Below, in pieces: positions 10,381 through 18,604 of a stretch of DNA of 20,000 bases. The stretch covers positions 1,337,526 to 1,357,525 of the forward strand of contig NC_057757.1 in the NCBI RefSeq assembly GCF_004010195.1, read 5' to 3'. Every line of letters begins with the position of its first letter. The stretch's first letter is position 1. A model generated the notes under the pieces. It was not told the DNA's origin. It was given only the letters and a program-made list of their open reading frames with translations, and searched no databases. Position numbers and translations under genes: made by a program. The stretch comes from Chiloscyllium plagiosum (taxonomy: Eukaryota).

Positions 10381-10765
10381 GAGCAGATTGTCATTTGGCC
10401 CCTTCAGACTTCTTACAGATTTGTCATCTTTCTTTCATTCGGAATTTTCTTACTGCCTTCACCCAACAGAAATGGCTGAACCAGTTCAAATATGCGGAAA
10501 GACCTGGGCAAGGACATACCAATCCGCTGCAGTGAGCTTAAAATGTCAGTGCTTATTGATTTTTTTTTACAACTGAATGAATAAGATAACCCTGCAGAAA
10601 ATCCCACGTGAGATCTTTCTGGCTGGTTATATATTAAGTATGGATTCAATTTAAATGGTTTTGAAACAAATACGGAGAACGCTGCAGGAAGTCAGCAGGT
10701 CAGGCACCATTTGTGGAGACAGAAACAGAGTTAATGTTTCGAGTCTGCAATACTCTTCTTCAGAG
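10025..10765 (+). repeat. Second copy of an old direct duplication (first copy about 4315-6607, interrupted)
   Basis: Non-TE-looking flanks align: 6149-6209 vs 10498-10558 gives 45/61 ungapped; 6477-6518 vs 10616-10657 gives 38/42; 5916-5965 aligns with 10424-10474. Confidence 0.85.
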
Positions 10766-10850
10766 TAATTAATGTCTTTCTCTCCACAGATGCAGCCAGA
10801 CCTGCTGACTTCATGCAATGTGTTTTGTATTTGTTTCAGACTTTTAGTAG
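10662..10850. mobile_element. Family-3 PLE-like fold-back element
   Basis: tgaaacaaatac (10662-10673) pairs with gtatttgtttca (10827-10838); gaagtcagcaggtc pairs with gacctgctgacttc. Confidence 0.75.
10728..10765 (-). ncRNA. Decayed minimal hammerhead motif (family 3)
   Basis: Minus strand: CTGAAGA A GAGT ATTGCAG ACTC GAAA CATT aactc. ACAT is consistent with a CpG-decayed ACGT. Confidence 0.62.
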
Positions 10851-11089
10851 CTGCCTTTCTTTAAGAGTTATCATTTTTATTTTCAAATTCCCTTATTCCT
10901 CCAGCCCACCTTGCCCACCATCCTACTCCTGGAGATTTCAGAACTCTCCACCCAATCTCTGTGTTCTGAAAGGGCTAGTCATTGTCCTTAAACACATCAG
11001 CAATGCTGTTGAAGGACATATCACAGCTCAAATTTACCTCCGAAAAGCATCAGCAGAAGAGGGTGCTGGAATGTAGGGAGGAAGAGGAA

Positions 11090-11425
11090 AAGACTTGCAT
11101 CACAATTTCAGGATGTCCCAAAACACTTTACAGTCAATGAAATACTTCTTATTGTTGAAACAGGAAATTTAGCAGCTAGTTTGTGCATAGCTCCCACAAA
11201 CAGCAATGAGATAACGATCAGGTTATCTTGTTTTTTTTGGTGATGTTGACATGAGAGTCATGCTGGTAGATCCCTGGATTAATATCTCATTTAAAAAATA
11301 CAACACTGAAACACTCCACTATTGCACTGGGTGAGTCAACCTGGATTATGTGGTGAAGTCTCTGGAGTAAGACTTGAACCCACATGTCTGAATTGGGTAA
11401 GAGAGAGTGCTACCTGCTAAATCAT
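11090..11425 (-). mobile_element. DeuSINE (SacSINE1-like), near full length, decayed
   Basis: Pol III B-box gtgggttcaagtc (reverse complement of 11371-11383), Deu core ctcccacaaacagcaatgagataacgatcaggttatc, tail gacttgcat...caggatgtcccaaa. Confidence 0.72.
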
Positions 11426-12147
11426 AGTTGATAGAGGAAGTTTTCTTACATTTAGACTTATTTGTCGTGGAGATAGATGCTTGACAAGATTTTTCTTTTT
11501 ATTGAGGTGTTGCAGAGTTGCCGTTTTGGGGATTGGTTCAGTTGGTCATGGTTGGTGTCATAATCTCAGTGGATTCTCCTGAGCTACAGAGCATTTAGGC
11601 TGGTTGGCTGTTGGATTTGCACATGCTACTAGGCATGTTAGAGAGCCCTAGGGTATGGAATGGAAATAAGTAAAGCAGAGACTAGGTCCCTGAACAAGGA
11701 GCTTGTGTGGGCCAGAATATTGGCTGAGGGTCAAAATTATGCTTGTGTTTTGGCATCTTCTCCCAGTGATCATGAATAGTCTTACTTGGGTGGGAATGCT
11801 GTTTAAATATCTGTAAAGAATGGGGTCCAAGTGACAAAACCTCCCAATCAGGAAAGTTGTCATGTGCATTGGTCAAATGGGTAAATCTGATTGTTGAGCA
11901 AGGTGGATCTGAGGTGATTGATAACTAAGAGAGAAGGGGGCAACTAATCCTGAGGAGGATCAAGCACTGAACTAAGATCTCTGTAATACTGAAAAAAATG
12001 CTTGGGAGTTTACTCATGCAGCAGGGCCCTTAATGACTCTAATTTATTCATTTACATTTGCTGACAAGTATCATGTTTGAAAGCTGTCAACGTTCACCTT
12101 AAACTCACACAAGAACAGCAGTTTGGTTAGGGTCAGCAACTCTGTTG

Positions 12148-12303
12148 ATCCCCAGGGCATCAATGTGGACTTCAACAGCTTCCTCATTTCCCCTTCCCCC
12201 ACCTCATCTTATTCCTGATGAAGGGCTTTTGCCCGAAACGTCAATTTTGCTGCTCGTCGGATGCTGCCTGAACTGCTGTGCTCTTCCAGCACCACTGATC
12301 CTG
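12148..12303 (+). mobile_element. Family-1 PLE 3' fragment with internal deletion and 10-bp TSD
   Basis: Matches 2681-2737 joined to about 2938-3030. aactctgttg occurs at 12138-12147 and 12304-12313. Confidence 0.9.
12211..12246 (+). ncRNA. Minimal type I hammerhead ribozyme motif (family 1), intact core and palindrome
   Basis: attc CTGATGA(12215-12221) A GGGC TTTT GCCC GAAA CGTC(12242) aatt. The first stem I pair is lost (A at 12243 where the 2973 copy has G). Confidence 0.8.
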
Positions 12304-12609
12304 AACTCTGTTGGTCACCTACCTGCCACCCACTGCTCCCATTCTTGCAATTGGCTAGCTGGCCTGCCCAGCTTAGGAGGCCTCACATCCCTCCTGCACT
12401 AAGTGAACCTTGTTACCAACTGGATGTTTACAGCTCCCTCTCCTATACACTAATTGTCATTATGCAACTGGTAATGAAAAGCCTTCAACGAAGAGAAAAT
12501 CAACACATTTGTACAATCTGAATGGCATTTTCCCTTCCTAGGTCAGGCTCACAGCTACTTCTGTGATGGACACTTGCAATAGTCACTTGATGGTTGTCCT
12601 ACTCCTACT

Positions 12610-12680
12610 TAGGATCTTACAGTACAGGGGAGGCCATTCGATCCACTGTGCCTGTGCTGGCTCGTTAAAAGCCAGTTGTA
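12610..12680 (-). mobile_element. CR1 tail remnant
   Basis: tacagtacaggggaggccattcgatccactgtgcctgtgctggctc. Confidence 0.55.
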
Positions 12681-12929
12681 CCAGCAAACAAACATGAGTC
12701 AGCACCTTTACAGGGGACATGAATTCTGTGGAACAATAAATAATGAATCTGACAAAGCCCATGCCACCCCATTTCATCTGTACATTATAGATCATTAACT
12801 GGGATTATCAGCACATCTAAATTGTTCATTCTCACAATAAATTTTTCAGAATTGAATGTGATGACAATGGCCTTCAGTTCTACAGCCTCATGAACAAAAT
12901 TCCCAGCCACTTCAAAGCAGCAACAACAG

Positions 12930-13125
12930 ACATGTTAGGCAAACGGCTAAACATTTGAACAGGTCAGTTTGAAGGGAGTTGTAAAGTGAAATAGAGAAAG
13001 GATAGAGAAGTTTAAGGAGTAAATTTTAGAGTCTAGTTGAAGGGATAGCTGCCAGTAGTGACGGAGGGGGATTGGATTAAAGTTCAGAATTGGAGGAGAA
13101 ATCTCCAGTACAGGGCTGGGGTACG
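12930..13125 (-). mobile_element. Very old LINE 3' remnant (L2-like)
   Basis: Purine-rich gaagggagttgtaaagtgaaatagagaaagg...aaattttagagtctagttgaagggatagctgcca resembles antisense L2 3' ends; weak. Confidence 0.4.
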
Positions 13126-13224
13126 ATAGACCACACAGCTATTTTGTCTGTGTAAGCTTCCACAAGTTTATGAATGGACTCACCAGTGGACAAAAATTAT
13201 TTTAAATAAGGGAGACTTGGAAAA

Positions 13225-13340
13225 TGAAACCCAAAACAGAAAAATCTGTACACACTCAGCAGGTTGGTCTGTCCTGTGAAGAGAAAAACAACGAAGTTAG
13301 TGTTCGGGACAATGTCTCTCGCTTTCCCAGAAACCTGACG
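13225..13340 (-). mobile_element. Very old family-3 PLE-like fragment
   Basis: aaaacagaaaaatctgtacacactcagcaggttggtctgtcctgtgaagagaaaaac..gttagtgttc parallels 10664-10740. Confidence 0.5.
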
Positions 13341-13594
13341 CTTAAGTGCTGAACACAAACCAATTTACAGCAAACTTAGTACTTTCAAAGTTGCAATGGG
13401 ACAGTGCACTTCCACATGTCATGCCCTATCAAACAACAAGACTTTAGAGATGTTTATTAAGGAGTAAGTATTAATCAGGACAAAGGAGAGAAAACCTCTG
13501 TTCCTCTTGAGTAATGCCATTTTGTGTCCCTCTGAGATGGCAGATTAGTTTTACAGCTAATTTTTAAGATAACGTCTCTGACTGTGCGGCATTT

Positions 13595-13867
13595 CTTTGG
13601 ATTTGGGTACGTATGTGAATGGGAAAGGTTTGGAGGGATATGGGCAAAAGTGAGGACAGAGTTTAGATCAGAGTGGTGCTGGAAAAGCACAGCAGGTCAG
13701 GCAGCAACCGAGGAGCAGGAAAATCGACATTTCAGGCAAAAGCCCTTCATCAGGAATATGGGCCAAGCACAGGAAGGTGAGACTAGTTTAGTTTGGGAAC
13801 ATGGTCAGTGTGGACTGGTTGGACCGAAGGGTTTGTGTCCATGCTGTATGACTCTATGATTCTATAA
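13595..13867 (+). mobile_element. CR1 3' tail, interrupted by a PLE fragment
   Basis: gaatgggaaaggtttggagggatatgggc...gactagtttagtttggg...gctgtatgactctatgattctat, the same type as 5250-5380. Confidence 0.85.
13646..13755 (-). mobile_element. Family-1 PLE 3' fragment starting at the hammerhead, 8-bp TSD
   Basis: Minus strand: tc CTGATGA A GGGC TTTT GCCT GAAA TGTC gattttcctgctcctcgg... atatgggc occurs at 13638-13645 and 13756-13763. Confidence 0.88.
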
Positions 13868-14394
13868 GTTTCTGGAGTGCAGTTTGAATGCACAAACCAC
13901 TGCCTCAGAGCATGGGAGTGCAACCCACTGAGCAAAAATCCACACACTTTGTGCCTGTGTGGAATGGATGAGGCATGACTGTGATTCCACCCACAGTATG
14001 ATAGCCTGCTGACAGACATCCAGCCCAATTCATCCTTCCAAGAGAGTTTTGGGAAGAAAACTGTCAGAACTGTGCACTGTCCATTTGTAAATGGATCCTG
14101 GGCTATTGGACTGAAGCAGCTGAGGATGACTGCTTTCATTTGAAATCTGCACAGGGTCTGTTTCTGGTGATGGTCACTGATTAATGCTCTTGAGAAGAAA
14201 TGCAAAGGGATCACCCTTCACCACCAGAGGGATTTAGGTTAATGGGATTAATATATTATCTGAGATTATCTAAATAAATGCAGGCCACTGATCAAAAAGG
14301 GGAACTTCCTACATCTGTGCCACATAGTAACACGTAACTATCATCAGTAATGAAGGTCAATGTCTGACCATATCCATCAGTTTTCAAACGTGGT

Positions 14395-14670
14395 GATAGG
14401 TGATTTTCAGTTGAGACATTAAATCAAGGCATTCTTTAAAGACTGTTTTCTCCAGCCAATTGCAGGAGGAATTCTTCCAATGCCCTGGACCAATTTTATC
14501 ACTCGACTAATATTACAACACAAAAAATATAGGTGGCTGTGGGCTATTTCTCTCATCCGCTGTTTGTGTGACCTTGCTGCGTGCTAAATAATTGCCATGT
14601 TTGTCTACATAATTGTTATTGTTAGACCTGAAACATTCTGCAATGTCCCTTAGGCGTGGAAGGCTTTGTG
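14395..14670 (+). mobile_element. DeuSINE core and tail, old
   Basis: ttttcagttgagacattaaatcaagg...ccctggaccaattttatcactc...gctgtttgtgtgaccttgctgcgtgctaaataattgcc. Confidence 0.62.
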
Positions 14671-15446
14671 CCTTGTGGTCTGACAAGTTCAAAATAACTT
14701 TTAAATTCAAAACGCTGCAGCTGCATTAAATGTACTTCTCAGAACATACTATTGTTTGGTACCTTGATTGAAGTGACTGGTTAGGTATTCTGGGTCCATA
14801 TACACGGACGTACTGTTTATAAATAAACCATACAAGTACTAAATCTTCTTTTTAGTCAGATGATCTGCCCGGAGGGATGAGGTTTGGGGACACAGCAGAA
14901 TCCCATTTGAGGGGTGTCATTGTTTATTGAAACAGGGAGATTTTCTGTTTCCTGTTTGAAAACAGAACAGGTGAAATTGGCTTTCACATGCAGTTTGGTT
15001 TGCTGTTTCTCAGCTTGTGCAACCACTGTCCAAGTCAAACTTATAGACAGAAAAGGACAGCACCCACCCCACCTCAGAAACTCACAAGGCAGGAGGGACA
15101 TGAAAGTGATTATTGTGTTCGCAGGCAAACACAAGAACTTGTGAAAGGGGAATGGAGACAACATCTGGGACTCATTCCGAAACAACACTTGCATAATTAC
15201 ATTCCAAACATAGAGATGGCAGACTGATTGATAACACTGTCGTTCACTACTACGATAGAATGCCCTGCTACTTTACTCAGTTTGCCTCTGTTGACTCTTT
15301 CTTCCTTATTTTGCATGCTCAATATTCTTTCTTTACCTATTTAAATGAAAGGACATTGGAGTAAATGCAAGTTTTTTTTTTAAAAAAAAAGGTTTATAAC
15401 TGCCTGTCCAGCTAGTGAGTTATTTTGCCTTGGAGGATTGAACTTC

Positions 15447-15761
15447 GGATGGCACGGTGGATCAGTGGTTAGCACTGCTGCCTCACAGCGCCAGGGACCC
15501 AGGTTCAATCCCAACCTCAAAAGACTGTCCGCGCGGAGTTTGCACATTCTCCCCGTGTCTGCGTGGGTTTCCTCCGGGTGCTCCGGTTTCCTTCCACAAT
15601 TCAAACATTTGCAGGTCAGGTTAATCAGCCACGCTAAATTGCTCGTAGTGTTAGGTACATTAGTTGGAGGGAAATGGGTCTGGGTGGGTTACTCTTCAGA
15701 GGATTGGTGTGGACTTGTTGGGCCGAAGGGCCTGTTTCCACACTGTAGGGAATCTAATCTA
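15447..15761 (+). mobile_element. HE1-type V-SINE, full length
   Basis: tRNA-derived head (tggatcagtggttagc; ggttcaatccc), V-domain tctccccgtgtctgcgtgggtttcctccgggtgctccggtttcc, CR1-like tail gggccgaagggcctgtttcc...atctaatcta. Confidence 0.93.
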
Positions 15762-15864
15762 CTTAAGTTGACCCACCTTTGCACCTCATGTCAGACTCTC
15801 AAAGTTTCAGAATTTTGGAATTTCCCTACAAAATCTTAAAATCTACAAGTGTCTGGAGTCAAGC

Positions 15865-15985
15865 CTGTTGGATAAGGGGGTAATTATAATCAAAAGGTAG
15901 GAGAATGAAGTTGAGACACAGACCGGTCACCATCTAATTGAATGACAGAACAGGCTCCTGGGACTGAATGGCCTCCACCTTTGTC
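15865..15985 (+). mobile_element. Old CR1 tail remnant
   Basis: gaatgaagttgagacacagaccggtcaccatctaattgaatgacagaacaggctcctgggactgaatggcctcc. Confidence 0.6.
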
Positions 15986-16014
15986 TCAAAGCCGAAGGTC
16001 GGAAATTAGCTGGC

Positions 16015-16031
16015 TGCCAGTAGGGGGCATT
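16015..16031 (+). promoter_or_regulatory. Candidate CTCF site
   Basis: tgCCAGTAGGGGGCAtt fits the CCASYAGRKGGCR core. Motif match only. Confidence 0.45.
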
Positions 16032-16044
16032 TGTGAGCAGATAA

Positions 16045-16250
16045 AAACAGGTATATGCGCAGGATCACACAGCAATAAGCTGAGGAAGAACAAGGGTGAA
16101 GTCCCTGATGTCACTGCTGACAGTTATCCAATAGCAATAAGAAACAGATTAACTGCTTGTTGTTATTTCTTTTGTGAGAACTTGCTGTACAGACACTAGC
16201 TGCTGTATTTTCTACACTGCACTTCAGAAACAGCTCTAAAGTGTTATGGA
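16045..16250 (+). mobile_element. DeuSINE core fragment, old
   Basis: gaagaacaagggtgaagtccctgatgtc...aaacagattaactg...ttttgtgagaacttgctgtacagacactagctgctgtatttt. Confidence 0.55.
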
Positions 16251-16299
16251 GGTTACTCTTCTTATTTTGCCCCCGAACTTTCATTAAAAATGCCACTGA

Positions 16300-16390
16300 A
16301 TAGGAGCTGTAAGATGTAAGACAGACAAGGGCCATTCAGCCCATCAAGCTGGCTCAGCCAGTCAATGAGATCATGGTTTACCTGATAATT
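16300..16390 (-). mobile_element. CR1 tail remnant
   Basis: ggccattcagcccatcaagctggctcagccagtcaatgagatcatgg. Confidence 0.65.
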
Positions 16391-16771
16391 CTTAAAAGAC
16401 AGGGCATTAGTGCATCATTCCTACCTCACTTACCGTTGGTAAATTTACCTAAAGTTACGAAGAAGAGCTTGAAATCAGTGTTGCCTGCGACACTGATCCC
16501 TTTTTTCCTCATTCTTCTGCATTTTGTCAGAGGCATTCACAATAAACATTGGCCTTGCTGGAAATGTTCACATCCCATGAAAGAATCATTAATAAAGGGC
16601 TCAATCTTAAGTTGCAATTCACCACTGCAGGACGGCAAACTAATGGTCTACACACTCTTTCACCATAAGTAGCAGCAACTGGTTCTGGGAATAAGACTGA
16701 CTGTGGGACAAGATAAAGAAAATCTTCAACAGCTGCCAGCAGCCCCCTCCCCCTCCTCATCCACTCACTAT

Positions 16772-17360
16772 CTTAGAAACATACAGCATGGAGCAAGATA
16801 TTCAGTCCGTCGGATATGTATCTGCCCCCTTGGAATGAGCTATCCAATTAGTTTCACCACACCCCATAGACCTGTCCCTTATTCACTCAATTCCCTTTTG
16901 AAAGTGCCTTTTAAATTTGCTTCCACTGCCCTTTCAGATCACAACTACGCCCCGCCTGAAAGAAAGTTTCTTTGCGCCTCTGTTTCTCTCCTCAGTAATC
17001 TTAAATGGGTTCCTGTAGTTATTGGGCAAAAGTGAGGACTGGAGATGCTGGAGATTAGAGTAAAGTGTGTGGTTCTGGAAAAGCACAGCAGGTCAGGCAG
17101 CATCCGAGGAGCAGGAGAATTGACGTTTCAGACATACATCGGTCAGGATGTATGTCCTGACGAAGGGTTTTTGCTCAAAATGTCAATTCTCCTGCTCCTC
17201 AGATGCTGCCTGACCTGCTGTACTTTTCCAGCACCACACCCTGTAGTTACTGACACTTCTTGGCAGTGGAAACAGTTTCAGCCTACCCGGTCTTAACAAA
17301 TTTTTTGCTTCCTGCAAACCCGATTTCATCTCCTCCAACCTTCTCTATCCTAAGGAAAAC
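16772..17360 (-). mobile_element. Old CR1 3' fragment, interrupted by the 17025-17239 hairpin
   Basis: tagaaacatacagcatggagcaagatattcagtcc (tail), aattcccttttgaaagt..gcttccactgccctttcag, continuing ctgacacttcttggcagtggaaacagtttc after the insert. Confidence 0.6.
17025..17239. mobile_element. Family-1 PLE fold-back element with 13-bp TSD and degenerate hammerhead
   Basis: Arms 17067-17128 and about 17177-17239. cctgtagttattg (17012-17024) and cctgtagttactg (17240-17252) flank it. CTGACGA A GGGT TTTT GCTC AAAA TGTC lies at 17157-17184. Confidence 0.9.
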
Positions 17361-17889
17361 AGTTCCAGCCTTCCCTTTTTCTCTTCCTTTTAAAATGCTT
17401 CACTGTTCCTGACATGGCCTGATAATCAATACCTAGAGACAGAACAGAAATGAATAAGAAGACGGCACCTACCAAGCACTTGATCCCAACAGTCTGAAAC
17501 GTTTCAAGCTCCCTTGACCAGCTGAAGCTATTTAAAGGCTGCAGCTGTCCCACAGGAACACATTGAGGTTTAAGCATGAATGCAAATTGAAGGGGAGATT
17601 TAGTGTCTGATAATAAAGGGGTATGAGGGTCCTTTGGCCAGTGAGAGGCTGCACTGTTTTAAAGTGACAGGGCCTCTGTTGTTCAAATGGACAGGCCAGC
17701 TTTCAAAAAGCCGTCAAGAAAAAATGTAACTTCCCAATGTCTCAGCTGACCTCCTGACATCAGCTTGTCACTGACATTTCACTGTATCGTGTTAATTAGG
17801 TATCTAATGAATGTATTAAAATATTAAAATACAGCTGGATACTATTGGACAATCTACCACTTGTAATATGACTTTTTAAAAGTTGAACA

Positions 17890-18212
17890 ATGACTTGCAT
17901 TTATATAGCACTGTACGTGCCTTCAGGATGTCCCAAAGCAGAGCCTTTTGAAGTTTTTAGGTTCCAGAAACAGCACCATCAGTTATATTTGGTGCAAGAT
18001 AAATATTGGCCTGGACATCAGGTAGACCTTCCATGCTCTTCTCTGAAATAGTACTGTGGAATCTTTTGTACTGCAAAAGCAGATGGAGCCTTTGTTTGAA
18101 GTTACTGAGACAGCACATCAATGCAGTTCCACCTCAATCCTCCACTGGGAAGGTCAGCCTGGATGATACACCTTCTGCCTCAGAGCTGGGAGTGATGTCA
18201 CAAAGCCAAGAC
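17890..18212 (-). mobile_element. DeuSINE (SacSINE1-like), decayed
   Basis: Tail gacttgcatttatatagcac...caggatgtcccaaagc; core gataaatattggcctggacatcagg..tgctcttctctgaaatagt...ccactgggaaggtcagcctggat. Confidence 0.7.
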
Positions 18213-18233
18213 TAAATACAGAGGATTGAGACT

Positions 18234-18444
18234 GGGTGGCTCAGTGGTTAGCACTGCTGCCTCAAAGCGCCGGGGGGGGGGGGGAACAGGGTTTGATTCC
18301 AACCTCAGGTGACTATTTGTGTACAGTTTGCGTGTTTTTCCCATATCTGCGTGGGTTTGCTCCAGAGGTTTGGTGGATTGGCCATGCTAAATTGCCCATA
18401 GTGGCCAGGGATATGTTGGCTATGGGTTAGCCATGGGAAATGCT
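18234..18444 (+). mobile_element. HE1-type V-SINE, internally deleted and 3'-truncated
   Basis: ggtggctcagtggttagcactgctgcctcaaagcgcc..., tctgcgtgggtttgctcc, ggattggccatgctaaattgccc. Has an expanded poly-G run. Confidence 0.88.
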
Positions 18445-18451
18445 AGGCCAA

Positions 18452-18602
18452 ACTGGGTAAGGATAGCAGATTTCCTTCCCTGAAGGTGACTGGTGGGCCA
18501 GGTAGGTTTTCACAATAACCAATTGTACTTTTGTGTTCACTGTTAATGAAACTAGCTGTTAATTCTGGATTTTCTTGTTAATTCAGTTTAAATTCCACCA
18601 GT
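18452..18602 (-). mobile_element. Fragment of another interspersed repeat (probable SINE body)
   Basis: gggtaaggatagcagatttccttccctgaagg...ttaattctggattt...aaattccacca, recognised as a common shark repeat. Head not present. Confidence 0.55.
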
Positions 18603-18604
18603 TT

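Larger units (their letters stand above)
13470..13935 (-). mobile_element. DeuSINE split by a CR1 tail (core about 13470-13590, tRNA-like head about 13868-13935)
   Basis: ctctgttcctcttgagtaatgccat...gagatggcaga...tctctgactgtgcggca, then ctggagtgcagtttgaatgcacaaaccactgcctcagag, parallel to 11360-11420. Confidence 0.55.

Noticed and set aside
10470..10531. Apparent + strand exon (pyrimidine tract, ccaacag|aaATGG ... gca|gtgagc)
   Set aside because: It spans the deletion junction of the duplicate, the paralogous copy lacks the donor, and no peptide is recognised.
11800..11890. CCAAT/Y-box (ccaatcag) with TATA-like tttaaata, considered as an MHC-type SXY promoter
   Set aside because: Poor X-box match and wrong X-Y spacing; no downstream exon supported.
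13783..14214. 143-aa minus-strand ORF
   Set aside because: Non-ATG start, ends in a SINE head and CR1 tail, no recognisable motif.
14930..15150. NF-kB-like and IRF-like motifs
   Set aside because: Only partial matches, expected by chance.
15372..15390. T10A9 palindrome; also (GA)7 at 9434-9447 and the poly-G near 18272
   Set aside because: Ordinary simple-sequence slippage.
15447..15520. tRNA gene (also at 18234)
   Set aside because: A and B boxes only, continuing into the V-domain; this is a SINE head without a cloverleaf.
15438..15839. 133-aa ORF and the antisense 74-aa ORF
   Set aside because: Chance read-through of the HE1 SINE.
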